Part shown: one piece after another, positions 1 to 8,561 of the stretch | How the letters are laid out: the number at the start of each line of letters is the position of its first letter | How positions within the stretch are numbered: position 1 is the stretch's first letter | Assembly: GCA_046540615.1 (NCBI GenBank) | Contig: JBKHFA010000002.1 | Span: 1 to 47,482, forward strand | Origin: Armatimonadota bacterium | Lineage (GTDB): Bacteria > Armatimonadota > Zipacnadia > Zipacnadales > UBA5352 | Length of the DNA stretch: 47,482 nucleotides | Direction: 5' to 3' | The notes under the pieces: generated by a model | Told to the model about the DNA's origin: nothing | What the model saw: only the letters and a program-made list of their open reading frames with translations | Databases searched by the model: none | Program-made: the position numbers and the translations under genes

Positions 1-270
1 ACGACTCTCCGGGCGAGGGCGCCCGGAGTCCGGGTCTTTGCCGAACGCTCCTGCGTCTGGAGTCCAGGCGCCCTCGCCTGGACGCCGTTTCGTCAGACCT
101 GGTACAAACGACTCTCCGGGCGAGGGCGCCCGGAGTCCGGATATTTGCCGAAGGGGCGCCCGGAGTCCGGGTCTTGGCCGAACGCTCTGCGCCCGGAGTC
201 CGGGTCTTTGCCGAACGCTCTGCGCCCGGAGTCCTGGTCTTTGCCGAACGCTCCTGCGGGACCAATAATC
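1..270. repeat. REP-like GC-rich palindromic repeat array (cut by the window edge)
   Basis: Hairpin core TCCGGGCG-N4-CGCCCGGA at 8-27 and 115-134. An inverted copy at 63-82 reads TCCAGGCG-CCCT-CGCCTGGA. Three head-to-tail 33-nt units GCGCCCGGAGTCCGGGTCTTTGCCGAACGCTCT lie at 156-188, 189-221 and 222-254. A truncated unit lies at 126-155 and a solo unit at 19-51. Bases 1-33 are nearly identical to 108-140. Confidence 0.8.
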
Positions 271-373
271 TCAGGAAGCACCCTCCGAGTGGCGGGGGCG
301 TTGACGCGGGGGGCCGGTGTCGGGTACAAGAGAGGGGAAGCGAAAGACAGACCGGCGGGAGTTGGTGTTCGAG

Positions 374-823
374 TTGAGGGCGGTAGTGCAGCGGGTGAGT
401 GCGGCGCGGGTTGAGGTCGAGGGCGAGGCCATCGGCGAGATCGGCAGCGGCCTGATGGTCCTGGTGGGATGCGGCGACGGGGACAGTGAGGAAGATGCTG
501 CGTGGCTGGCCGACAAGATCGCGAACCTGCGCATCTTTGAGGATGCCGACGGGAAGATGAATCTGTCGGTGCTGGACACGGGCGGGGCGGTCCTGCTTGT
601 GCCGAACTTCACGCTCTACGGCGACTGCCGGAAGGGGCGGCGCCCGAGCTTCACCGGCGCCTGTGCCCCGCACGTGGCCAACGAGTTCATGGACGTGCTG
701 GCAGATCGGATCGCCGAGACCGGTCTGCGGGTGGAACGCGGGGAATTCGGCGCGCATATGCATGTAACGCTCACAAACGACGGCCCGGTGACGCTGCTGC
801 TGAGCAGTGATCGCACGTTCTGA
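374..823 (+). CDS. dtd: D-aminoacyl-tRNA deacylase
   Basis: Translation (L)[31 protein letters not shown]...GKMNLSV...PNFTLYGD...GRRPSF...[13 protein letters not shown] aligns along its whole length with the canonical ~145-aa Dtd. The track ORF starts at 317. In-frame TTG 374 (or TTG 362 / GTG 365) gives the expected N-terminus. Confidence 0.9.
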   Translation: MRAVVQRVSAARVEVEGEAIGEIGSGLMVLVGCGDGDSEEDAAWLADKIANLRIFEDADGKMNLSVLDTGGAVLLVPNFTLYGDCRKGRRPSFTGACAPHVANEFMDVLADRIAETGLRVERGEFGAHMHVTLTNDGPVTLLLSSDRTF

Positions 824-843
824 CGGGCCCCCGCGATGGAATC

Positions 844-1707
844 GTGAAGGCAATGGCTTCGGCACAGAGACGGGACAAAGGTTCAATCAACCGCAGACTT
901 TCAAAGCGCTACTGCGACGCGGGCGACAGCCACGCTTTGCAGGATGACGTGAACGGCGCGATCGCCGCGTATCAGCGCGCCAGCGAGCTTGACGCGGAGA
1001 GTGATCGGGCGCAGATCGGGCTTGGTGACGCGCACTTGCTGGCGGATCGCGATGACAGGGCGATGGCGGCGTACCGCCGCGCTCTCGCGAAGAAGCCGGG
1101 GAGCGCGGATGCGCATTTCTGCATGGCGGATACGCTTGCTCGCGGCGGACAGCTTCGCGAGGCGATTTTCGAGATGGAGGAGGCGGTTGACCTTGCTCCT
1201 GAGCGGGCGTACTACGTCTACCGCCTTGCCGGCCTTTACCTTCGCAGCGGGGACCTGATGATGGCCGAGGAGGCGCTGCTGTGCGCGATCTCGCTGGAGC
1301 CGGATGAGGGGCTCTACCGCTACAAGCTCGGCGAACTTCACGTGCTGGCGGGTCGCTGGCGGCTGGCGGCGGAGGCGTATTTCGCGGCGACGCAGGTCTC
1401 TCCACTTGACGACTTCTACCACGTGCGCCTTGCGACGGCGCTGCTTCGGCTGGAGAGGCGGAACGCGGCGGTGAGGGTGCTGCGCAGGACGTGCCGCATT
1501 GCGCCGGACAATCGCGCGTACCGCTACCTGCTGGGCGAGTTGCTGATGCTCACGGGGGAGCTGGAGGCCGGGAGCGCTGAGTTGCGGCGGGCGGGCAGGC
1601 TGGACTGCTACGATCGAGACTACGTTCGGCGAGTAAAGAGGCGCGCGGGTCAGCTTCGCGAGGATGAGAAGCTGGTGCTCGTCAGCGCCATCGAGACGTA
1701 CGCCTGA
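844..1707 (+). CDS. TPR repeat protein
   Basis: 287-aa ORF with repeated 34-aa helix-pair signatures (AIAAYQRASELD, AMAAYRRALAKKPG, EAIFEMEEAVDLAP, AEEALLCAISLEPD, AAEAYFAATQVSP). Start is GTG 844 or ATG 853. Confidence 0.75.
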   Translation: MKAMASAQRRDKGSINRRLSKRYCDAGDSHALQDDVNGAIAAYQRASELDAESDRAQIGLGDAHLLADRDDRAMAAYRRALAKKPGSADAHFCMADTLARGGQLREAIFEMEEAVDLAPERAYYVYRLAGLYLRSGDLMMAEEALLCAISLEPDEGLYRYKLGELHVLAGRWRLAAEAYFAATQVSPLDDFYHVRLATALLRLERRNAAVRVLRRTCRIAPDNRAYRYLLGELLMLTGELEAGSAELRRAGRLDCYDRDYVRRVKRRAGQLREDEKLVLVSAIETYA

Positions 1708-1725
1708 AGGGACCCTGGACTGAGA

Positions 1726-2349
1726 ATGATCGTTGAGACGCTGGCCGTTGGCGCGCTGGAGTCGAACTGCTACGTGGTCGGCTGTCCGGAGACGAAGAAA
1801 GGTTTCATCGTGGACCCGGGCGGGGACGCTGAGCGGATTATTGCGGCCGTGGAGCGGCTCGGCCTTGATATTGAGTACATCTTCAACACCCACGAGCACG
1901 TCGATCACATCGCGGCGAATCGCGCGGTGAGGGAGGCGACGGGTGCGACGCTTGTGGTGCACGAGGACGGGCGTGATCAACTTGAGCACCCGCATCCGTT
2001 CTGGGCGTCGATGGTGGGCGGGGTGGAGCCCTCTGAGCCGGACATGACGATGGCGGACGGAGACGGATTTGAGGTTGGGACGCTGACGGTGGAGGTGCTT
2101 CATACTCCCGGGCACAGCCCCGGCGGCGTCTGTCTTGGCGTGGACGGCGCTGTCTTCACCGGGGACACGCTCTTTGCGCGGAGTGTCGGGCGGACGGATC
2201 TGCCCGGCGGCGACACGGCCACGCTGGAGGCCTCGCTGAAGCGTCTGATCGAGCGCTTTGACGCGAAGACGAAGGTCTACCCCGGACACCGAGGGCCCTC
2301 GACGATCGGCGATGAAACGCGGAAGAACCCCTATCTTCAGGATCTGTGA
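1726..2349 (+). CDS. MBL-fold metallo-hydrolase (glyoxalase II-like)
   Basis: HxHxDH zinc motif (NTHEHVDHIAAN), HTPGHSPGG, FTGDTLF. The 207-aa size is typical for this family. Confidence 0.85.
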   Translation: MIVETLAVGALESNCYVVGCPETKKGFIVDPGGDAERIIAAVERLGLDIEYIFNTHEHVDHIAANRAVREATGATLVVHEDGRDQLEHPHPFWASMVGGVEPSEPDMTMADGDGFEVGTLTVEVLHTPGHSPGGVCLGVDGAVFTGDTLFARSVGRTDLPGGDTATLEASLKRLIERFDAKTKVYPGHRGPSTIGDETRKNPYLQDL

Positions 2350-2487
2350 GCGAGCGCGCGTGGTGTGACGATGCGGGCGTGGGCGCTTGTTTCAGCGCCG
2401 CGGTTCGTGTTACAATTCAATCAGCAAGAGCGCGGATGCAGCAGACTGGCAGCGCACATCGCAGCAGGCGACATCGGAGGACCCACG

Positions 2488-3162
2488 ATGGCTTCGGGAA
2501 AGGATTCGGCAGGCGCGAGACTCCTTGCGAGCGTGAAATTCTGGGCGGTCGTGGCGGTGCTGTGCGCGATCGTGGGAACTGCTGCGTTTCACTTCGGGCG
2601 GAACTACGTCGGTGAGCACCTGCACGAGATGGAGGTGCAGCAGCGGGCGCCCGAGATCAAACCGCAGTCTGGCGCGCACTCTCCGGATGATCGGGAGGAC
2701 ACCAGGTCGAATCCGCCCATCGAGCCGGTTGTGACTGTGCAGGAGCGCGAGCCAACAAGCCGCGAGGAGCGCAGGGCCCGGCGGGAACTCGAGGAGCCGC
2801 AGGACGGCGCGCAGTTGCATGCCGCTGAGGCCGCGGAAGCGGCGGCGGATGAGGAGGACGGTGATGCTGAGACTGAGACGCCGTCTTCGACCGACAGTGA
2901 GGCTGGCGAAGAGCAGTCTGCCGGGCGCGAGGGTGGCTACGTGGTGGCCGCGGGAGCCTTCGCGGATGAGGCGAACGCGAAGCGCCAGGTGCAGCGCCTT
3001 GCGGAGCAGGGCCACCAACCTTTCATCACCACTCAGGACCGGGATGGGATCACCTATCGCCGCGTGAACGTGGGTACGTTCTCCAGCCGCGAAGAGGCTG
3101 AAAGCGTGCAGGAGAAGCTTATCTCAGAGGGATTTGACGCCGCCGTCTGGAGTGAGGGGTAG
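2488..3162 (+). CDS. SPOR domain-containing membrane protein
   Basis: One TM helix (FWAVVAVLCAIVGTAAF), an acidic linker and a C-terminal SPOR-like module (GYVVAAGAFADEANAKRQVQRLAEQGHQPFI...YRRVNVGTFSSREEAESVQEKL). GGAGGA at 2476-2481 lies 6 nt before ATG 2488. The longer track ORF from 2365 lacks an RBS. Confidence 0.75.
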   Translation: MASGKDSAGARLLASVKFWAVVAVLCAIVGTAAFHFGRNYVGEHLHEMEVQQRAPEIKPQSGAHSPDDREDTRSNPPIEPVVTVQEREPTSREERRARRELEEPQDGAQLHAAEAAEAAADEEDGDAETETPSSTDSEAGEEQSAGREGGYVVAAGAFADEANAKRQVQRLAEQGHQPFITTQDRDGITYRRVNVGTFSSREEAESVQEKLISEGFDAAVWSEG

Positions 3163-3192
3163 ACGACACTGTCCGGCATTACTCAGATCACA

Positions 3193-4353
3193 TTGATCGT
3201 TCTCGACAGCGTTGGGATCGGCGATGCGCCTGACGCCTCCGACTACGGCGATGAGGGGTGCAACACGCTGGGCAACCTCTCGCGCGCGGTCGGTGGAATC
3301 ACGCTGCCCACGCTGCAACGCCTCGGCCTCGGCAATCTCACGCGGATTGAGGGCGTGCCTCCCACCGAAGAAAGCATCGGCGCGCACGGTCGGATGACCG
3401 AGCAGGCGGCCGGCAAGGACACGATGGTTGGCCACTGGGAGATGATGGGGCAGATACGCGAGCGCCCCTTTCCGACCTTCCCGGACGGATTCCCCGACGA
3501 GATCATCGACGAATTCGAGGAGCGCAGCGGACGTCCCGTCATCGGCAATCGCCCCGCGTCCGGGACGGTGATCATCGAGGAACTGATCGACGAGCACCGC
3601 GAGAAGGCGGCGTGGATCGTGTACACGTCGGCCGACAGCGTCTTTCAGATCGCCGCGCACACGGACGTGATCCCGCTCGAGGAGCTTTACGACGCGTGTG
3701 AGACTGCGCGCGAGATGCTCCAGGGCGACTGGGAGGTCGCGCGGGTGATCGCGCGGCCCTTCACCGGCGAGCCGGGCTCACTCGAACGCACCGACGAGCG
3801 GAAGGACTACCCGCTGCCACCCCCTGGGCCGACGGCGCTGGATCACCTGCAGGAGGCGGGGGTGCCGACGTTCGGCGTGGGGAAGATCGACGACATCTTC
3901 GCCGGACAGGGGATCGGCTCGTCGATTCACACCGGTACCAACGAGGAGGGGGCCGAGGCGGTGCGGGAACTTCTGCGGAGGGAGCACCGCGGCCTGATCT
4001 TCGCGAACCTCAACGACTTCGACTCGAAGTTCGGGCATCGTAACAACCCGCGCGGCTACGCGGACGCGCTCGAGCGCGCCGACACCGAGATCGCGGAGAT
4101 GCTTGACATGCTGCCGGAGGACGGACTGCTGATCATCACCGCCGATCACGGGACCGACCCGACCACAAAGAGCACGGATCATTCGCGGGAGCGGGTGCCG
4201 CTGCTGGTGGCCGGGGCGCGGGTGAGACCGGTGGACCTCGGCACCCGTGAGACGTTCGCGGACGCCGGCGCCACGCTCTGCGAGATCTTCGGCGCGAAGG
4301 CCCCGCCAGCCGGGACGAGCTTCGCCGGGCTGCTGCTGGGGGAGTTGCAGTGA
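3193..4353 (+). CDS. deoB: phosphopentomutase
   Basis: N-terminus IVLDSVGIGDAPDA..YGDEG.NTLGN, HWEMMG, ADHGTDPT...DHSRE.VPLLV are hallmark DeoB blocks. TTG start. Confidence 0.9.
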   Translation: MIVLDSVGIGDAPDASDYGDEGCNTLGNLSRAVGGITLPTLQRLGLGNLTRIEGVPPTEESIGAHGRMTEQAAGKDTMVGHWEMMGQIRERPFPTFPDGFPDEIIDEFEERSGRPVIGNRPASGTVIIEELIDEHREKAAWIVYTSADSVFQIAAHTDVIPLEELYDACETAREMLQGDWEVARVIARPFTGEPGSLERTDERKDYPLPPPGPTALDHLQEAGVPTFGVGKIDDIFAGQGIGSSIHTGTNEEGAEAVRELLRREHRGLIFANLNDFDSKFGHRNNPRGYADALERADTEIAEMLDMLPEDGLLIITADHGTDPTTKSTDHSRERVPLLVAGARVRPVDLGTRETFADAGATLCEIFGAKAPPAGTSFAGLLLGELQ

Positions 4354-5672
4354 GCCACGACGTCCGCAGGTTGAGTGAGCGCAAGCGCGATGGGGAGGAG
4401 CTTTCGGGGGATGAGCTTCGGTGGCTGGTTGAGGCGTACACCGCCGGCGAGATCGATGACGCACAGATGGCCGCGTGGCTGATGGCGGTCTGCTGCTCGG
4501 GGATGAGTGACGCGGAGACCGTCGCGCTGACGGATGCGATGGCGCGATCCGGCGAGATGCTCGACCTCGCGGGGATTGATGCGCCGACGGTGGACAAGCA
4601 CTCGACCGGTGGCGTGGGTGACAAGGTGACGCTGATCGCGGGGCCGATCGTGGCGTCATGCGGTGGATGCGTGGTGAAGATGTCCGGGCGGGGGCTGGGG
4701 CACACCGGCGGAACCATCGACAAGCTGGAGGCGATCTCCGGGGTGCGCACCGATCTCTCGCCCGATGCGTTGCTCGCTCAGGCGGGGGAGATCGGGCTGG
4801 TGGTGGCCGCGCAGAGCGAGGCGCTCGCACCCGCCGACGGGAAGATGTATGCGCTTCGCGATGCGACCGGCACCGTGGACAGCCGCGCGCTGATCGCGTC
4901 GAGCATCATGAGCAAGAAGATCGCGGCCGGGGCGGGAGCGATCGTGCTCGACGTGACAGTGGGCAGCGGCGCGTTCATGGAGACTGAGGACGAGGCGCGG
5001 GCGCTGGCTGAGTTGATGGTAACGATCGGGCGGCGAGCGGGGCGAGCGATGGCGGCCCTGCTGACGGACATGAACCGCCCGCTCGGTCGAGCGGTCGGGA
5101 ACGCCGTGGAGGTGGAGGAGGCCGCGGCGGTCCTCGCCGGAGGAGGCCCCGATGACGCGCGCGAGGTGGCAGTGGCGATCGCCGGGTGGATGCTTGTGAC
5201 CGCGGGGATCGCGGAGAGCATTGAGGCGGCGCGCGAGGCGTGCGAGGAGGCGCTTGGGTCAGGCGCCGCGGCGGAGAAGCTGGCGCAGATGGTCGAGGCG
5301 CAGGGTGGGGACGTGTCGGCGCTTGATCGGCAGATGCTCGGTCACGTCCCGGCGAAGGTGGCAGGCTGGGGCGAGGAGTTGTCGGGGACGGTGACGCGGA
5401 TGGACGCGCTGGGTGTCGGGCGCGCGGCGCTGGCGACCGGCGCGGGGAGGCGGCGCAAGGGCGACGAGGTGGACGCGGCGGCGGGACTGCGCATCGTGGC
5501 GGCCGAGGGCGAGCGGACACGTCGCGGCGATGCGGTGGTCGAGGTGATGGCCGCGTCAAAGGAGCAGTTGAAAGCGGCGATGGCGGAGCTTGAGGGAGCG
5601 ATCGTCGTCTCTGATCGCGCTGCGGAGCGGCAGCCGCTGATCATCGACGTTATTCCACCGGAGCGTCGCTGA
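4350..5672 (+). CDS. deoA: thymidine / pyrimidine-nucleoside phosphorylase
   Basis: HSTGGVGDK and SGRGLGHTGGTIDKLE motifs; 440 aa. GTGA overlap with the deoB stop. I cannot separate TP from PyNP specificity by eye. Confidence 0.9.
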   Translation: MSHDVRRLSERKRDGEELSGDELRWLVEAYTAGEIDDAQMAAWLMAVCCSGMSDAETVALTDAMARSGEMLDLAGIDAPTVDKHSTGGVGDKVTLIAGPIVASCGGCVVKMSGRGLGHTGGTIDKLEAISGVRTDLSPDALLAQAGEIGLVVAAQSEALAPADGKMYALRDATGTVDSRALIASSIMSKKIAAGAGAIVLDVTVGSGAFMETEDEARALAELMVTIGRRAGRAMAALLTDMNRPLGRAVGNAVEVEEAAAVLAGGGPDDAREVAVAIAGWMLVTAGIAESIEAAREACEEALGSGAAAEKLAQMVEAQGGDVSALDRQMLGHVPAKVAGWGEELSGTVTRMDALGVGRAALATGAGRRRKGDEVDAAAGLRIVAAEGERTRRGDAVVEVMAASKEQLKAAMAELEGAIVVSDRAAERQPLIIDVIPPERR

Positions 5673-6085
5673 TGATCGGCGGGAAAGACTGGCTGAGCCT
5701 CGTGGCGGTCTCGGCGGTTGCGCTGGCGTTCATCACCCTGATGATCGTCATCCAGGCGTTGCAGCATGAGCGCACCCGCGGAGAGATCCTGCGCGGAGTC
5801 GCGGTGGTGTGGGGGGCAGTGGCGCTGACATTGCTCGTGGCGTGGCTGCTGGAGGATTACTGGGGCGGCGCGGTGATCGACGTGCAGGTGTCGCCGTCAC
5901 CGGAGATTGTGACACGACCGTTGACCTCCGGACAGATAGCTGCGCTCGGGGCGATGGTGGTGGCGCTGCTGGCGCTCTACGTCGCCGCGATCATGAGCGT
6001 GCGGAAGCTGACACAGCCGTCGGAGGAGTTGACAGTACATCACACAGGGGATCGTCCGGCGGGATCGCGGGATGAGAGCGAATGA
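5672..6085 (+). CDS. hypothetical small membrane protein (3 predicted TM helices)
   Basis: 137-aa ORF, ATGA-coupled to the upstream gene. Hydrophobic stretches LSLVAVSAVALAFITLMIVI, VVWGAVALTLLVAWLL, IAALGAMVVALLALYVAAIM. No recognisable domain. Confidence 0.5.
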   Translation: MIGGKDWLSLVAVSAVALAFITLMIVIQALQHERTRGEILRGVAVVWGAVALTLLVAWLLEDYWGGAVIDVQVSPSPEIVTRPLTSGQIAALGAMVVALLALYVAAIMSVRKLTQPSEELTVHHTGDRPAGSRDESE

Positions 6086-7011
6086 TCGCCATCGCGGCTG
6101 TGCTCTGGGCGCTGGTGATCGGCGCGGCGATCTTCGTCTTCTACGTGCGTTACATTGAGCCCGCGCGGCTGGTGGTGACCGAGCGCGCGCTGCATTTCGA
6201 GGATCTGCCGGAGGCGCTGCGCGGGCTGCGGATCGTGCACCTCTCTGACTTCCACTGCCACGACGAGCCCAGCATCGAGTGGAGCAGTCGTGAAGCGGTG
6301 CGGCTGGCGATGGAGCAGGAGCCTGATCTGATCGCGATCAGCGGCGATCTCTTCGACACGTGTGAGATGGCCACGGAGTGTTCGGAGCAACTCGAGGGCC
6401 TGGCGGCTCCGCTTGGTGTCTGGGCGGCTCCCGGCAATCATGATCGGGCTCACGAGGATCCTTTCAAGTGCCTTGAGGCGCCGCAGGAGGACATCGACAC
6501 GCTTCGCGAGGTGCTGGGGGGCCTCGGGATCAGGCTCCTCGCCAACCGCAACGAACGGCTCAGCGTGGGCGGGGCGGAGATCGCCATCGCCGGATCGGAC
6601 GAGTTCGCATTCGGCCGCGATGATGTCGAGGCGGCGCTGGAGGGGACGGAAAGCGCGGACTTCACGATCCTCGTGTGTCACACACCGGATCTGCTGGATG
6701 ACCCTCACGCGGCCGGGGCGGATCTCGTGTTGTGCGGGCATACGCACGGCGGGCAGATTCAGCTTCCGGGGATCGGCGCGCCGTGGGCGCCGGTCTGGCG
6801 GGACAGGCGGCGAGCATCAGGTCTGCTGCAGGCGGACGGGCAGCTTGCGTATGTAAGTCGGGGCGTGGCGTCGGCCACCCGCGCTCGCTTCAACTGCCAC
6901 CCGGAGGTCGTGGTGCTGACGCTTGAACGCGGGGAGGAGACGCAAGCGCGGGAGATCCCGGTGCGAAGAGATGATCCGAGCCGTCCCGGCCGTGAGGAGG
7001 AACCGTCGTGA
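6082..7011 (+). CDS. membrane-anchored metallophosphoesterase (YkuE/calcineurin-like)
   Basis: N-terminal TM, then the motifs LSDFH, GDLFD, GNHD and GHTHGGQ in canonical order. Confidence 0.85.
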   Translation: MIAIAAVLWALVIGAAIFVFYVRYIEPARLVVTERALHFEDLPEALRGLRIVHLSDFHCHDEPSIEWSSREAVRLAMEQEPDLIAISGDLFDTCEMATECSEQLEGLAAPLGVWAAPGNHDRAHEDPFKCLEAPQEDIDTLREVLGGLGIRLLANRNERLSVGGAEIAIAGSDEFAFGRDDVEAALEGTESADFTILVCHTPDLLDDPHAAGADLVLCGHTHGGQIQLPGIGAPWAPVWRDRRRASGLLQADGQLAYVSRGVASATRARFNCHPEVVVLTLERGEETQAREIPVRRDDPSRPGREEEPS

Positions 7012-7622
7012 GGTTGCCATCCGCAGTCAACAGTGTGCTCGAGCGCGTCGGCCTGAAGAAGAAGCCGATGCCGCTGTCGCGTGATAAGGCCTTCGAGGCG
7101 CGCCCTGTCCGCAACCCGTCGCTGAAGTGGCGGATCAACGAAGAGGGCGTGGTGGAGGTCATCGTGCCCCGCAGGAAAGACACGTTCGGGCGAGTGCTGG
7201 GATTTCTTTTCTTCGTTCCGGAGAATCGCCCGATCACCCTCGATGAGGTCGGCAGCGCAGTCTGGCATCTTTGCGACGGCGAGCACACCGTCGATGGGAT
7301 CGTGCGGGCGCTGAGCAAGGATTACAAGCTTCAGCGCAGGGAGGTCGAGGTCTCCCTGACCGAGTATCTCCGCACCCTCGGGAAGAAGGGCATGGTGGGC
7401 TTCCTCGTCCCGAAGGAAGCCATCGACGAGGAGGAGGCGGGGGAGCTTGTCGGACTCGAGGACGTCGGCACCACTCGCGAGGACCTTGAACGAGCACAGG
7501 AGCAGGCCGAGGCGGAGGCAGCCGCGGAAGAGGCTGAAGCGGGAGAGGCGGCCGCAGAGGAGGGCCGGGCGGCTGAAGGTGACGATCTCGAGGATGAGAG
7601 CGGTCGCGCCGAGATACGCTGA
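7008..7622 (+). CDS. PqqD-family (RRE-like) protein with acidic Ala/Glu tail
   Basis: Central block ITLDEVGSAVWHLCDGEHTVDGIVRALSKDYKLQRREVEVSLTEYLRTLGKKGMV matches the PqqD winged-helix signature. The C-terminus is EQAEAEAAAEEAEAGEAAAEE. GTGA overlap with the upstream gene. Confidence 0.65.
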   Translation: MRLPSAVNSVLERVGLKKKPMPLSRDKAFEARPVRNPSLKWRINEEGVVEVIVPRRKDTFGRVLGFLFFVPENRPITLDEVGSAVWHLCDGEHTVDGIVRALSKDYKLQRREVEVSLTEYLRTLGKKGMVGFLVPKEAIDEEEAGELVGLEDVGTTREDLERAQEQAEAEAAAEEAEAGEAAAEEGRAAEGDDLEDESGRAEIR

Positions 7623-7646
7623 TCGGACCCGAGGGGCGTGTTGCTG

Positions 7647-8492
7647 ATGCCGCGCAACATCGTGGTCGGATACGATGGATCCCGGTCGTCAAACGTCGCC
7701 GTGGAGCAAGCCATCAACCTCGCCGAGCTTGGTGACGGGCGCATCTACCTCGCGACCGTCACCGCGGCCACGGAGGACGATATTGCCGCCGAGGTGCCTG
7801 GCGGAGAGCCCGAGCTTGCTGAACTCGCGACGGAGCCGGTTGCTGCGGAGGAGGCGGACGCGGATGGGCGTCATGCGGTCGAGTATCCGCTGTCGCTGGA
7901 TGAGATCCATCGGCGATGCCAGGACCTGCACATCGTCTGCGAGGAGGAGCACCTCTTCGGTCGGCACGCCGGCGCGCGACTGCTGCGGCGAAGCTGGCTG
8001 GCGGAGTTGCTGGTGATCGGTCGCGGCGATGAGCGCCGACCCGGCAGGCCCGGGGCCAACACGACCTTCCTTCTGAGCGAACTCGTCGCGCCGACCCTCG
8101 TGTGCGCGCGGCAGGCCACGGAGATCCGATCGGTGCTGATTCCTTACAAGCTGTCAGTGCGCGGCGGGCGCGGTCTGTCATTCGCCGCACGGCTTTGCGA
8201 AACTCTGAACGCCGAGCTTGAGGTGCTGATCTGCGAGCCGAAACGCAGTGACGCGCACGACGCCCGCGAGGCGGCGGAGAAGTTCCTGCGCGCCTACCGG
8301 GTGGAAAGCTCGACCGACGTCGCGCTGAGCCCGCCCCACGAGGCCGTGCAGTCGGCGGCGATGGACCGAGAATCGTCGCTCGTCATCATCCCCGGCGCCC
8401 ACAAGCGCAACTACCTTTTCCCGTGGCAGCGCAACGAGACGCTCTGGCGCGCCCTCGAAGTGCCCGGCGCGGCCGTCCTCGCATATCCGTGA
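7647..8492 (+). CDS. universal stress protein family protein (tandem Usp-like)
   Basis: N-terminus MPRNIVVGYDGSRSSNVAVEQAINLA is typical of UspA. GAGGGG at 7631-7636 lies about 10 nt before ATG 7647. The track ORF begins at GTG 7638. Confidence 0.7.
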   Translation: MPRNIVVGYDGSRSSNVAVEQAINLAELGDGRIYLATVTAATEDDIAAEVPGGEPELAELATEPVAAEEADADGRHAVEYPLSLDEIHRRCQDLHIVCEEEHLFGRHAGARLLRRSWLAELLVIGRGDERRPGRPGANTTFLLSELVAPTLVCARQATEIRSVLIPYKLSVRGGRGLSFAARLCETLNAELEVLICEPKRSDAHDAREAAEKFLRAYRVESSTDVALSPPHEAVQSAAMDRESSLVIIPGAHKRNYLFPWQRNETLWRALEVPGAAVLAYP

Positions 8493-8561
8493 TAAGGCAG
8501 CGACGAAAGCAACGGAAGCGACGGCGGCAACGACAGCGACATCAACTGCAAGGGCGGTGGC

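Noticed and set aside
1-270. Possible CRISPR array
   Set aside because: The 33-nt units are directly abutting with no unique spacers. Other copies are inverted. No cas genes are present in the window.
901-2289. 462-aa minus-strand ORF, with similar long ORFs at 3778-4830(-), 11527-12525(+), 17298-18482(+), 24878-27241(+), 29506-31395(+), 38848-39996(-) and 42891-44426(-)
   Set aside because: All lie antisense to genes with clear family motifs. Their translations are Arg/Pro/Ala/Gly-rich low-complexity sequence with no motifs. Such stop-free shadow frames are expected in DNA of roughly 66% GC.
8493-8561. Purine-rich GCRACG-like run (GCAGCGACGAAAGCAACGGAAGCGACGGCGGCAACGACAGCGAC) as a microsatellite or ncRNA
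   Set aside because: It is too irregular to call a tandem repeat and has no clear hairpin outside the 3' end of the minus-strand gene. It is noted only for its partial similarity to the 18600-18616 hairpin arm.
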